Origin: Blastocladiella emersonii ATCC 22665
Lineage: Eukaryota > Fungi > Blastocladiomycota
DNA: 64,000 bases
NCBI GenBank assembly: GCA_025594325.1
Contig: JANHCV010000005.1
Coordinates: forward strand, 1,922,001-1,986,000
Direction: 5' to 3'
Shown here: positions 1 to 11,953 of the stretch, one piece after another
Layout: each line of letters begins with the position of its first letter
How positions within the stretch are numbered: the first letter of the stretch is position 1
Notes under the pieces: generated by a model
Seen by the model: the letters and a program-made list of their open reading frames with translations, nothing else
What the model was told of the DNA's origin: nothing
Databases searched by the model: none
Position numbers and translations under genes: made by a program

Positions 1-583
1 GCTGCACTTGGGGCGCTCGAGGCCGCTGGAACGGCCGCCGTCGATGGCCCAACTGCCGGGGCTGGAAGCGTGCGACCATGGGGACCGCAGCTGGTCCCGC
101 GGCGGCCGGAGCCGGCGCCTGGGCAGCTTTGGCCTTGATGACCGGGGCAAGCACGCTTAACTGCCCGACGATGCTCCTGAGGCCGGCCATCGAGTCGGCC
201 GCGTGGACCGAAGATGCCTCGGGACACTCGGCGTGCTGCGACAGGTCGCGGACCAGCGCCGCGAGCTGAACGAGGTCAGTGGCCTTGACCGCGACGAGGT
301 GCTCTGGTTGCACCGTCGCTTTGCGCTGAGAGCGCAGCGCGCGCGGACTGCCGTGCGCCGAGTTGTTTCCGGCAGCATGAGAAGCGCTTGCAAGCGATTC
401 GGTTGAGCCGTGAGAGACTGCCGCGAGAAGCTCGGCCGAGTTTGACGTTCCGGCCAAGCGACGAGGCGCTGGCATGGCCGAAGTCGACTTCGGACCTTGG
501 CCTGAAGGTTCTGCCGAGTTGGGCGCCGTGGGGGCATAGTCCGGGATGGCGGTAGACGGGAACGAGATGTCGAAGGAGGACAT
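1..583 (-). CDS. Hypothetical protein, 5' part only (runs off window start)
   Basis: ATG at 583; my manual translation (MSSFDISFPSTAIPDYAPTAP...LVQLAALVRDLSQHAECPEA...) stays open to base 1. No recognisable domain. Confidence 0.4.
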   Translation of the reverse strand, partial: MSSFDISFPSTAIPDYAPTAPNSAEPSGQGPKSTSAMPAPRRLAGTSNSAELLAAVSHGSTESLASASHAAGNNSAHGSPRALRSQRKATVQPEHLVAVKATDLVQLAALVRDLSQHAECPEASSVHAADSMAGLRSIVGQLSVLAPVIKAKAAQAPAPAAAGPAAVPMVARFQPRQLGHRRRPFQRPRAPQVQ

Positions 584-934
584 GTTTGCTTGACTCGTCG
601 CGGTTGAAGCAAGCTGAACTGCTCGAGTGGTCCGTGCGAGGAGAGCACGCTCTTCAAGTTTCCAGCGCGCTCTCTGCACTGCAGAGGAAGGCTTGCATTG
701 CGCATTACCAAGCTCCTGAGCGACTACGTGATGTGCACTTCGGAGGGCAAAACGATCACATGAGTGGCGCAGCGCGTCGAAGCGCGTTATCAGCCACCTC
801 GCATCGAGCCAGCTTTGGGGATTGGTAGCAAACGAGCATCTATACTGAGAAACAATACACGGAACGAAGTCAAAAGTGCGTGGGGAGCGAGGGACTGTAC
901 AGGGTGAGGGAACGAGGTTGGGACCGGATCCGGA

Positions 935-3900
935 TCAGCTGCGGATCTTGTCCGTGTAGATGGCGTAGGTCTGGGTCGACGCCGTGGACTTGTGGTACGC
1001 CTCCATGGCGCGGTCGCGCTTGAGGTCACGGATGGTGCGCTCGAGGGCGGCCTTCTCGTCGATCTCGCGCGTGAGGTGCCCGCTGTACTCCTCGCGCACC
1101 TCGGCGAGTAGCTTGCGGAACTCCTTGCGCAGCGCCACCACGGTCGGGTTGCGCTCGCCGTCGCCGATCGCGTTGACGGTCGCCTCCTCGACCTTGGCCT
1201 TGAGCTCGGCTACCTCGGCGCGCTGCGCCGCGATCACCTTCTCGAGCTTCTTGCGCTCCGAGTCGAAATCGGTGAAGTTGCCCGCGAGCCGGTCAAACTC
1301 CTTGAGCACGCCCTCGTATTCGAGGTTCAGGTCCTGGTGCCGCTTCTCGAGCCGCTCCATCTCGCCCGACAGCGCGTCCTCGCGCGCCATGGACTTGTTG
1401 AGCACCTGCCCGAGCTGCTCCTCCATGGCCGCCACCTGCTCCTGCAGCGCGCGGTGCTTGGCGAAATCGATCCCCTCGGCGTCGCCGAGCTTGGCGCGGA
1501 GCTCCTCGACGACGCGCTCGTGCGCGGCGCGGTCCGCGTCGCGCGCCTGCGCGAGCCGCTGCAGCTGCGCCTTGACGTCGTCGCGCTCCTGTTCGACGGC
1601 GCCGATCTCGCGTCTAAGCGCGTCGACCTGCTGTCCGAGCGCGTCGTTCTGGTTCTGGACGCCCGTCAGCTCGCTCTCGTACGCGGCCATGTCGTCCTGG
1701 AACCGCTGCTCGTCGTCGGCGATCTTGGCCTCGAGCTCGCGCACGCGGCGTTTCCGCTCGGCCACCTCGTCGTCGAGCTGCGCCTGCACCGCCTCGAGCT
1801 CGCCCGCGAGCTGCTGCACCTTGCGCGCGTGCTGGTCCGTCAGGTCGCGCACGTCCTCGGCGTGCTGCGCCTTGGCCTTGTCGGCGGCCTGCGCGAGCCG
1901 GTCCAGCTGCTTCTCACGGTCCTCGAGCGTGCGCGTCAGGTCCTCGATCTGCGCCGTGAGCGTGGCGCGGACCGACGCGAGCTCGCGGTCGACGGCCTCG
2001 CGCGCCTTCTCGGCAGCGGCCACACGCTGCGCGGCATCCCCGCGAGCGCGGTCGACCTCCTCGACGCGGTCGGCGATCTGGCACTTGAGGTTCGCGATCT
2101 CGGCCTCGAGCGTGTTGCGGGTGCGGTCGAGCTCGGCGCGATGGTTGCGCGCGTCGTCGTCGCGCGCCGCCGTAAGCCGGTCGACGGCCGTCTTGTTGCG
2201 GTTAGCCTGGCGCTCGGCGTCCTCGACAGCGGCGCGCGCGGCCGCGAGCTCCTCCTCGAGGTCGTGCACCGTCTCCTCGCGCTCCTGGACCGCGGCCTTG
2301 AGCTTGGCGAGCTGCGTGGACTGGTCCTTGGCCTGGTTCGCGTACTGCGTGACCTGCGACGACGACTCCTGGCGCACGTTGCCGAGCTCGCGCGCAAGGT
2401 CGCTGAGCTGCCGCTTGTGCCGGGTGATGGCGGCGTCGTGCTCCTTGGCCTCGTCGGCGACCTGGCGGCGGACCGCCGCGAGCTCGTCGCCCGTGGCGTG
2501 CAGCCGGTCGCGGGCCTCGGCGAGGTCGCGGTCGCGCGCGCGCAGCTCGGACTCGCGGTCGGCGACCTGCTTGCGGAGCTCCTCGACCTTGACGTTGAGC
2601 TGGCCGACCTCGCGGCGGGTAGACCCGCCCTCGCGCTCCATGCTCTCGCGGAGCGACTGCAGCGAGGCCTCGTATTCGCGCTTGGCGCGCGCGAGCTCGT
2701 CAGCGAGCTGGTCGTTGCGCGCGGCGAGCGAGTCGGCCTGGCGCTCGGCGTCGTCGCGGTCGCGCGCGGCATCGTCGGCGTCGCGCTGCGCCTGCTTGAG
2801 CTTGGCCTCGAGCGCGAGCATGTCCTTGCGGGCTTCGGCGCGGAGCGACGTCTCGAGGTTGCGCAGCTGGCCGGCGGCCGAAGACTCCTGCTCCTTGGAC
2901 TTGGACATTGTCTCGCGGAGGAGCACGTCGTACTCGGCCTGGAGCCCCGCGAGGTCCTTCTTCATGCGGTCGGCCGCCGTCGTCTGCTTGCGCAGGTCCG
3001 CCGTCAGCTCCTGGTTGCGGTCCGTGAGCTTGTTGACGTCGCGCAGCGCGCCCTGCAGGGCCGTCTCGTTGTCGGCGAGGTCGCGGAGTGCCTTGGCGAG
3101 CTTGACCTCGGCGTCGGCCTTGGCGGCCGCGAGCGCGGCCTCGCCGTCGGCGGACGCGTTGGCCGTCGCCGACGACGTCATGAGGAAGTCGACCTTGGAC
3201 TGCAGCGTCTCGTTGCGCGCCTGCAGGTCGAGCACCTTGTCGACGAGCTCCTCCTTTTCGCGGACCACGACCTCGACGCGGGACACGAGCTGGTCGACCG
3301 TGAACCGCGACAGCGTTGGCGTCGACGACGGCGAGATGGACCCGTACAGGCGCCGCAGCACCTTGGTGTCGTCGGCGTGCTGCCGGCGCAGCTCGTCCAT
3401 GTCGTCGATGGCGTCGCGCAGCTGGCGCTGCAGGTCGGCGACCGCGCGGTCCGAGGCTCCACCACCGCCGGACTTGGGCGACGTGGCTGCGGCATCGCGC
3501 AGATCCGCGACCTTGCGCTCGAGCTCACGGCGACGCGCGCGCTCCTCCTCGAGCTCGCCCTTGACACGCTCGCGCTCGAGGATCGCGTCGCGCATGGACG
3601 CGTTGACGGCGGAGCGGAGGGCAGGCTCGCCGCGGTCGCGGCTGCGGTCGCGGTCACCGCCGGCACCGCCGGGCTTGGTGACGAGCTCGGCCTCGAGCGC
3701 CGTGACGCGGCCCTGCGATTTCGTGAGCTGGTCGCGGAGCTCGCGGATCGTGGCGCGGAGCGCGTCGCTGCCCATGCCGGCGGCGTCCGAGTGGACGGTG
3801 CGGCCGTCGTCGAAGGGCTCGACGCCCGAGTCCGAGGCGAAGTCGCGGACGCCGCGCTCGCGGGACCGGCTGCGCGGGCCGGTTCCCGTAGAAGGGGCGG

Positions 3901-6900
3901 CGAGGCCCTGCTTGGTCTGCAGGTACTCGATCTTGACGGTGACCTCCTCGAGCTCGGTGCGCAGCGCGGCGATGGTGCGGTCGCGCTCGATCATGGCCTC
4001 CTGGTCCTCCTCGAGGCGGATCTGGAGGTCCTGGACCTGCGTCGCGAGCTTGGCGGCGGACTGCGCCTTCTGCTCGAGCGCGTCCTTGGCCGCCTGGTAG
4101 GTCCGGTCGGCGCGCTGCGCCTCGGCGGCCATGGTCGCGACCTTGGCCTCGAGGGCGATGATCTTGGCGCTGGTCACCGCGTCGCCACCACCGCCGCCGG
4201 CCTGCTGCTGCTGCTGCGCCTGCTGGAGCGCGCGGGCGAGGATCGCCGCGGCGGACTGCGCGAGGCGCTTTTCGAGGTCGCCGACGCGCTTGGTGTGCTT
4301 GAGCAGCTCGGCGATGATGCGCTCGACCTTCTCGGTGGCGCCCTGGATCTTGTCGCGCGCGCTGCGCACGATGTCCTCGTTGCCGCGGTGCATGCGCAGC
4401 AGCTGCGCTGACGACTCCTTGACCTTGATCTCGGACGACAGGTGCCGCGTCAGCGACTCCATCTTGGCCCGCAGCAGGTGCAACTCCTTCTGGTACCGCT
4501 CCACGTCAATGGGCGGCAGGATCTTGAACGCGCGCGCCTCGACGATCGCGCCCTGCGCGTCGAGGTCGCCCGGCGGCGGCGGGACGGGTGGCGGCGCACC
4601 GCCGGCCGTGCTACCGGCCGTACTACCCGGCCCGCGCCGCGAGCGCGACTTGTCAGTCACGTCGCTGACGACGCTCACGGCATCATCCCCGCCGCCCGCG
4701 CCGCGCCGCGACAGGGACATGTCGCTGGCGCCGTCGGTAGACCCGGGCCCGCGGCGGCGCTGCGGCGGGGCGGGTCCGCCGTCGCGGTCGCCGGGCCCGA
4801 GCCGGTCGCGCGCGGCGGCGCGGTCGCGTTCGCGGTCCCGCGGGGACGTGCCGCCGCCGCTGCGCGGATCGTCGCGTCGAGCGTTCGCGGGACCGGGTGT
4901 CCCGGGCCGCGGCGGGCGGCCGGCGGACGTGGCGTTGACGGACGAGGAGGTCGGCGGCGGCGGGACGGGTGGCGGGGCGGCAGCCGCCTTCTCGCGCTCC
5001 CGCTCCCGTTCGCGGTCCCGCTGCTCGCGCTGCTCGCGTTCCCGTTCACGCTCCCGCTCGCGTTCCCGTTCACGCACGCGCTCGCGCTCGGCCATCCGCT
5101 CGCGCGCGGCCGAGGTGCCGGCGCCCGTCGGGCTCCACGGCGGGCTGTTGGACCGGCGCTTCGCGGCCGCCGCCGAGGCCGACCCGTTCCGTGGCGCGGT
5201 GCCGGGCGGGGTTCCGGGCCGCGACGAGGGCGGCGACCGGCGCGCGCCCGCGCCGGCGTTACGCGGGAGGGTGGGCGCGTCGGGTGGGGCCTGTGCGGGG
5301 AACCGGTCGCGCTGGGCGGGGGTATCGGGGACGGTCACGTCCGAGAGCGGCGAGGGGAGGTTATCCGGGTCAGCGCCGCCGTTGGGCGGGCCGGCGCGCG
5401 GGCGGAGCGAGCGGTCGATGCCGCCCGGTCCCGCACGGCCTGCGCCGGGCGGGAGCGGCGGGGGCGGTGGGAGGTCGTCGTCGGTATCGGACGCGGTGGC
5501 AATACTGAGGCGGCGGCCCTGCTCGCGGGAGCGGGCGGGGCCCGGGGCGGGCGCGCCGTTACTGCCGCCGGGCGCGTTGCGGGTGGCGAGGGTGGGCGAG
5601 CGCACGCCGTTGGTGATCTTGGATCCGAGGCCGTACTTGTCAGCGGTGTTGGCGGACATGGCCGAGTCGGCCGAGACGCGTGACCCGCCGGCGGCCGCAG
5701 ACGTGTTGATGCCGAGGCTGCTCCCGCCGGATTTGCCCTTGCGCAGCGAGTTGGGGAGGAGGCCCGACAGGCGAAAGTCCTTGGCGGCGGTCGGCGACTC
5801 GGCCTTGCCACCGGCGCCCGGGGTCGGGGTGCGCTGCTGCTGCGGCGGCGGCGGCGGCTGCGAGCGCGACGACAGTCCGGGGACGGGCGGGACGGGCGGC
5901 GGCGGGGGCAGGTCGTAGTCGTCGTCGGACACGATCGAGTCGCGGATGTTGCTCCCGGCGTCGTCGGCGGCGGTCTTGCTCTTGCGGCCCTCGCTCTCGG
6001 GCGGGCCGGCGGTAGTGCGGCGGTCCTATTCCGGGGGGAGGGAGACGAGTGAGCCCGCGCATACGTTTTTGAACGCTAACAAAAACAACGTACGCCCATG
6101 TCGGACTCGAGGTCGTCGTGAAAGTACATGGACACGGCGAGGTCCTTTTTCGCCTGGATGGTTTCGGTCTTGATCGGGGCGAGGGCCTCGGCGCGCTGGC
6201 GCTCGCGCTCGGCGTTCTCGCGTTCCCGCTCGCGCTCGCGTTCGCGGCGGCGGGCGCGCTTGGCGTCAAAGTCGTCGCCCCCACCGCCGCCGCGGGAAGG
6301 TGCGCCGCGCGACCGGTCACCCGGACTGGTACCACCGCCGCCGGGCGCAGGCCGAGCGCTGGGCCGGCGCGGGCGCGGGACGGGCACGGCGTCGATGCCG
6401 GCGGACGTAGTGCTGCGTCCGTCATCCAGGTCGTCGCCGGGCGGCGGCGCGCGTCGCGGCGGCGGAGCACCGCCAGCACTTCGCGGCGCGTCGCCGGCGC
6501 TGCGCATGGTGTCGCGCATCGGGTTGCGGTAGCGGGCGAGCGAGTCGGCGGGGTTGCCGGCACTGCGCAGGCCGCCGGGCGGTTCGCGCGACCGCGAGCG
6601 CGACGCGTTTCCGCGGCTCGGCGCGTCGCCGCGGGCCGACGGGCGGGCGCGCTCACGTTCGCGCTCACGTTCGCGTTCTCGCTCGCGGTCGCGGTCGCGG
6701 TCACGCTCGCGGTCACGCTCGCGGTCACGCTCGCGGTCACGCTCGCGGTCACCCCGCGACGGGGGCGGCTCGCGAGCGTCGCGCGAGTAGTCGGGGCGTT
6801 CGGGGCGGCGGCGGTACTCGCGGTCGCCTCCATCGGGCGGCGGGCCGCGCGACCGCTGCACGAGGCGCAAGTCGCCGTCGTGGTCGTCGTGGAGGGCGGG

Positions 6901-7031
6901 GCGGCGCGGCAGCGGATACACGCAGCAGGGCGAGGGGGCAGCGGGCGAGGGCGGGCGGATGCAGGTGAGACGCAGGATCATGGCGGCGCGGGTGGAGTGG
7001 ACCCAGGGATGGGAGCGCGACGCACCTCCAT
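935..7031 (-). CDS. Large coiled-coil protein with Uds1 (up-regulated during septation)-like domain and RD/RE/Pro-rich N-terminus
   Basis: The 1665-aa ORF joins the 6076-7092 ORF in frame through intron 6026-6093 (GTACGT...AATAG). Probable start ATG at 7031 followed by a GTGCGT intron; alternative ATG at 6981. YQKELHLLRAKMESLTRHLSSEIKVKESSAQLLRMH and C-terminal LRKEFRKLLAEVREE...LERTIRDLKRD resemble fungal Uds1/involucrin-repeat proteins. Confidence 0.7.
6696..6752. repeat. 12-bp coding tandem repeat (CGCGGTCACGCT) x4.75 encoding RDRE repeats on the minus strand
   Basis: Read directly from the sequence. Confidence 0.85.
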
Positions 7032-7799
7032 CGTGGCGTAGGTCTTCCGAGAGGCCGGCGGGTGCGGGTGCGGGTGCGGGGCCGAGGATCACCCCGAGAC
7101 AGGCAGGGCACGGGTCGGGAAGGATGCCCTGGATCGGGGCCCGCGGGTGGCGGGGCGCGGCAGATGCGGGTGAGACGGCGCGGGGTCGGTGGCAGGTCTA
7201 GCACGGCCGCGCTGCGGCAAGTGATACATGGATATCCGCGCGGATATGCGTTGCGTTGCGGGTGGTGCGCGAGGCCGAGTGCAGGGCACCGACGTGAGCG
7301 TCAGCGTGGTGGCGGAGTCGGCACTCGGTGGCGGTGGCGTCGGCGAGCGTCACGCCGCGGACGCGCCACGCCCGTCATGGCGACCACGACGCGCCGATCG
7401 CTCCGCGCGGCCACCACTTCGCCGCCGTGTCTCATGTCTCGCGGCCCGTCCGCCGCCTCCGCCGCCTCCGCCGTCGCAACAGCGCGTGGATCTGTGACGT
7501 GGGTAAGTACATGTAAGTTGCCACAAGCACGCGGCGTCGGTCGGCGGCGGCCACCAGCATGTGCGCGAGCGCCCGTCTGGGCGTTAGAGCGCGGCGGCAG
7601 CGTGGGCCCCCGCTTCGACGATTGATTACGCCACACGCGCGCGAGAGTTTCTTGACGTGCGTCGCCGCCGCCGCCGCCGCCGCCACTCGAGCGCTCCGTT
7701 TCGTTCATTCATCACCAGCTCATCGCCGCCGGCGCTGCGTCGCCCTCGCTCTCGCCCTCGCTTCCCCGCATCAACACCGCCAACATCATCATCACCACC

Positions 7800-10220
7800 A
7801 TGTCCTCGACATCCCCGCCACCACTGCCGCCGTCCTACGACCGCATGGACGTCGATCACCACCCACACCACCCGCATCACCCGCACTCGCTACCGCCCCT
7901 CCCACCGCTCCCGCCGCCGCCCGCGCCCGTCGCGGCCGCGCTGCCCGACGAGGCGCTCCCGCCGGGCCTGCGCGCGCTGGCGACGGGGCTCGGGCAGCCG
8001 CCGCAGGGCTCGCGCAAGAACAAGCGCGCGACGGACGAGGAGCTCGCGCACCTGCAGCTGATCCTGGCCCAGGAGCGCGAGCGCGAGCGCCTCTCCCGCT
8101 CTTCGACGTCTTCGGGCTCGTCCGCGCCGTCGACGCCCGCCTTCCACCTGTTCCCGCCCGGATCCGCCGCCTCGGTCGACTCGGCCGTCGCCCTCAACTC
8201 GCCGCTGTCCGCGGGCATCCACGCCCTCTCGATCCACGGCCAGCCCGACGACTTCCCCGGCAACCATGCTGCGCGGTCGATGAGCAGCAGCGTCTCGCCG
8301 CGCGCCTCGGTCGCGCCTGCTCCTGCTGCACGGTCCATTGCGCCGCGACCCGCACCAGCTGCTGCAACAACAGCGGCCGCTTCCGCCGCCACCGCCACCG
8401 AGCATGCCGATCCGCCGACCGCCGCCGACCACCACCACCAGGACCCCGTCCCCCAACAAGCGCCCGCCTCGGCACCTTCTTCGTCAACGCGGCGCGTACC
8501 CCCGCCCGACCCGCACGCGGCAGCGCACTCGTCGACGAATGCGCCCAAGAAGCGGCCGCGCACGGTGCTGACGCCGCTGCAGACGTGCGTGCTGCGCCGC
8601 GTGCTGGCGACCACGGCGTTCCCGTCGACGCAGCTGCGCCAGATCCTCGCCCGCGAGCTCGACCTGCACCCGCGCACCATCCAGATCTGGTTCCAGAACC
8701 AGCGACAGAAGTTCAAGGCATCGCGCGCATCCGCCGGCGCACAGCCCATTGCCTTCCTCGAGGTCAAGTCGCCCCAGGCGTGCCGCTTCGCCGCTCTGTA
8801 TGCCGCCTACGACGATGCCGGGTCGCCTTCCTCGGTTGGTGGTACGGCACCCGCGGCCTCGGGCTCGGTCGAGCCCATGGACACGTCGTCCTCCCCGGCC
8901 GTCGTGAGCGCGCCGCCTCCCACCACGACCACCACGGCATCGATCCCGCCCGGGTTCATGGACACGTCGCGCCGCTCGCGCCCGTCCATGGCCGCGCGCC
9001 GCAAGGCCCCGCCCGCGCCCATCTCGGTGCCGTCGATTGCGTGGGTCCCCGCCAACCCGCCGCGGTCCGACCACGTCTCGACTCCGGCCTCGGCCACCGC
9101 CCCCACCTCGCTCGTCATCCCGCCGCCCCCGCACACGGCCCCGCTGCCGCCGCATCCGCTGCCATCGCGCATGTACCACCACCACCAGTACGCGGCCGCG
9201 CCGCTGTCCGCGACCTTCCATCACCACGGGAGTGACCCGGCTGCTGCGTGCCACAGCCCCGAGCCTTGGACGCCCATCGAGATGCCGCTGACGGCCGGCG
9301 GCGTGCGGTCGGGGTCCGCCGCGACCGCGCTCGACATGCTGGCGGCCGCTGCAGCTGCCATCGCGCGCACTTCCTCCTCGGCGTCCGAGCCGCACCCGTA
9401 CGCGTCCGTCTCGGCGTCCCCCGAGTCGACGCCCTTCATGTCCTCCTCGGCCACCTCGTCTGGTGCCGGGACCATGCACTACAACAACTACCACGCGCAC
9501 CCGCCCCCGTACGCGCCCGACTCGGCGCGCGGGTCGCCCGTGTTCTGGTCGCACGCGCCCGCTTCCTCCGCGCGACACCCGCACACGTACCCGTACCCGC
9601 ACCACAACCACCACCCGTACGCGCGCCCGCCGCCGGTGCACGCCGCGACCGCGCCCGTGACGCCGTCCATGACCCCGCTCGTCGACTCGGCGGGCGTCCT
9701 GGCGCCGCCGCGGTCCGCGACCCTCGCCCCTCCGCCCGCCCCACCCACCACCTCGCGCACTGCGAGCCCGCTCATTCTGCCGCGACCCATCACGCCCGCA
9801 TCGACCTCCGCCACCCCGTTCATCCCGACTGCCGTCGTCGTGTCGGGCAGCGACCTGCCGACGCCGCTCCTCGAGCCGCGGATCGGGTGGGACCACTACC
9901 ATGCGCACGCGCGGTCCGCAAGCGGTGCAGCAACCCCGACGTGGCCGCGCTTTGCAATGCCGCCGCCGCTCGCGTCGTGCGCGTTCCTCGGTGCCGTCGT
10001 CGCGCCGGGCGGCGCGGGGCACGGGACCCCGAACAACGCGGCCGCGGCGGCGATTGCGGCGGAGCGCGGGCCGGTCCTCACGCCGCTGTCGATCGGCGGG
10101 GGTGCGGACGGCGCTGCGGTCGCGCCCGCGGCCGAGGGCAGCGAGGAAGCAGCGGTGCCAGCCGGGAGCAAGAACACCGAGCTCCCGCCGCTCGCGTCGC
10201 TCGCGCTCAACGCCGCCTAG
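7800..10220 (+). CDS. Homeodomain transcription factor, 806 aa, low-complexity flanks
   Basis: PKKRPRTVLTPLQTCVLRRVLATTAFPSTQLRQILARELDLHPRTIQIWFQNQRQKFK contains the canonical helix-3 WFQN motif (about 8545-8720). Confidence 0.9.
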   Translation: MSSTSPPPLPPSYDRMDVDHHPHHPHHPHSLPPLPPLPPPPAPVAAALPDEALPPGLRALATGLGQPPQGSRKNKRATDEELAHLQLILAQERERERLSRSSTSSGSSAPSTPAFHLFPPGSAASVDSAVALNSPLSAGIHALSIHGQPDDFPGNHAARSMSSSVSPRASVAPAPAARSIAPRPAPAAATTAAASAATATEHADPPTAADHHHQDPVPQQAPASAPSSSTRRVPPPDPHAAAHSSTNAPKKRPRTVLTPLQTCVLRRVLATTAFPSTQLRQILARELDLHPRTIQIWFQNQRQKFKASRASAGAQPIAFLEVKSPQACRFAALYAAYDDAGSPSSVGGTAPAASGSVEPMDTSSSPAVVSAPPPTTTTTASIPPGFMDTSRRSRPSMAARRKAPPAPISVPSIAWVPANPPRSDHVSTPASATAPTSLVIPPPPHTAPLPPHPLPSRMYHHHQYAAAPLSATFHHHGSDPAAACHSPEPWTPIEMPLTAGGVRSGSAATALDMLAAAAAAIARTSSSASEPHPYASVSASPESTPFMSSSATSSGAGTMHYNNYHAHPPPYAPDSARGSPVFWSHAPASSARHPHTYPYPHHNHHPYARPPPVHAATAPVTPSMTPLVDSAGVLAPPRSATLAPPPAPPTTSRTASPLILPRPITPASTSATPFIPTAVVVSGSDLPTPLLEPRIGWDHYHAHARSASGAATPTWPRFAMPPPLASCAFLGAVVAPGGAGHGTPNNAAAAAIAAERGPVLTPLSIGGGADGAAVAPAAEGSEEAAVPAGSKNTELPPLASLALNAA

Positions 10221-10605
10221 ATCTGTCCGTGGTGACGGCGGGCGGGCTCGCTGGACGAGACCACCTGCGTCGCTGCGCGCCAGTGTAACGAAGAAGAAGA
10301 AGACGATCCGCCCCATGATGACCAGTTTTGACAACGAAGAAGAAGTATTGACCGACCGACCAAACCCCCGCAGTGTGTGTGACCGTGTAAAGTAATGAAG
10401 AATGTCCTTGACCTACTACTCCTCCGGGTCGCTGTTCTCGCGCTACACGTCGCTTGCAGTGCGCATCGCGAAGTGAGCAGCACGGCAAAACACGGTCCTG
10501 CCAAGGCTTACGTTCGGCATCCTTTTACGCTCTCAAAGCGATCAACAGATGGACTAGGCAGCGATCTTTGTCTTCCTGGCCCTGCCTTCCGACCCGGCCG
10601 CAAAG

Positions 10606-11938
10606 GTGGGCGTAAAGGGCTGGTTGGACGCGCTGCGCCACACTCGTGCTCCTCAAACGCGTCGCGATCTTCTCCTCATCGCCACCTACTCAAGCGAACC
10701 CGGGCGGCCTAGCGTAGCCTCGCGGAGCATAGTCACAACCGAACGATCTGTACATTCATCGAGAAACTCATGAGGGCCGCCGAACGACGACGGTACCGCG
10801 CTCGTTAGCGCGTGCCTCGCTCGCGTGCGACCGATCTCGGTGTGACGTGCACACGCCCTACACCGCGGATCAGCCGTGACAGAACGATACCCCGTACAAG
10901 ACCACGCAGAAACTGCAAGGGACGGCGAGAGAGGCGGCGTGGCAGGCCTCACTCTGGGCGGGAGGTTCTCCCCAACCACTCCCCTCTGCTCGCCATCCCT
11001 TGTCCCGTGCGCTCCGGGGACATGGTCCTGCGTTAGAGTACCGCCCCATCTGCTGGAACCGCGGCGTCGGGACGGTGTGCGCGGCCGAGGACGACGACGG
11101 TGATAATGCGCGACCCGAGCTCGCCCAAACACGAGCCCGCTCACGCGCGTCCATCCTCGGCCTCCACGACTCGGTCGACGTACATATGCGCTCGGCGTAG
11201 CGGGTCAATGGTGATGGCACAGGCGCCTAGCACGGTCCTCCACGATGACAAGGGATGGCGAGCGAGGCGGCGGGGCAGGCCTCACTCTGGGCGGGAGGTT
11301 CTCCCCAACCCCTCCCCTCGCTACACCACGTAATAATGGTGCCACTTCAGGTACGCCATCCCTTGCCCCCGCAGCGCACGAGCGGGGGACGTGGCTCGAC
11401 GCGTCTAGGTCCCAAACCATCTGACCCGCACGGCCGGGCGATGCACGACGACGGACAGCCGTGGTGTCGCTGTTGAGGTCGAGCCGACTCGAGCTTGACG
11501 GGTGCCCGCGAGCGTGTCTTGTTGTAGAACTGGTCGAGACACGCTGCGCGATGATGACGCCGACGGCAGATGCGCGTGGTAGCTAGCGGGGGTGAGTGTG
11601 AGCTGCGAACATCAGGAAGCGGTCGCGAGTGAACTCGGAGCGTACCAGTTGAGGCGCGGCCGGGTGATGAACAGCATCGACATGGCCGTGGTCATCGGCT
11701 CGAGGTCGCGCGTGTTGAGGATGCAGCGGAAGATCGACTCGAGAGTGCCAGTGGCCGTGATGGTGACCCGATGCCGAACAGCACCGGCAGGTTGTTGATG
11801 GACGTGAAGAGGGAGTCGAGTAGCGCGCGCGAGGATTAACTATCAAAACGAGCACAGCGAGGAGAGTTAGTGACCGCCGATCGATACGAGTAGACTCAGT
11901 CGCATACCTCGTGACGATGATGATGCTGAGTGACGATG
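10606..11938. repeat. Diverged duplicated block, copy 1 (paralog of 15677-16467); looks degenerate
   Basis: Shared anchors such as CATAGTCACAACC(G/A)AACGATCTGTA, CACGGCCGGGCGATG, GAGTGTGAGCTGCGA and AACTCGGAGCGTACCAG, plus a 68-nt minus-strand intron-like segment (11840-11907) at the homologous position. Confidence 0.8.
10924..11310. repeat. Direct repeat: 54 bp at 10924-10977 and 11257-11310 (52/54 identical)
   Basis: GGCGAG(A/C)GAGGCGGCG(T/G)GGCAGGCCTCACTCTGGGCGGGAGGTTCTCCCCAACC occurs twice; similarity resumes at CGCCATCCCTTG. Confidence 0.9.
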
Positions 11939-11953
11939 GCCGAGGCGGCTCGA

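Noticed and set aside
984-5918. Very long plus-strand ORFs (1038, 1024, 595 aa) antisense to the coiled-coil gene, and many similar shadow ORFs across the window
   Set aside because: Expected in about 70% GC coding DNA, where antisense and shifted frames are stop-poor; the translations are Arg/Ser/Ala-rich with no motifs.
7800-10220. Homeodomain gene as part of a mating-type locus linked to the inverted repeat
   Set aside because: It lies about 20 kb outside the visible arm and is single, with no partner HD, HMG or pheromone/receptor gene. No such gene is seen in the spacer, so a mating-type role cannot be supported.
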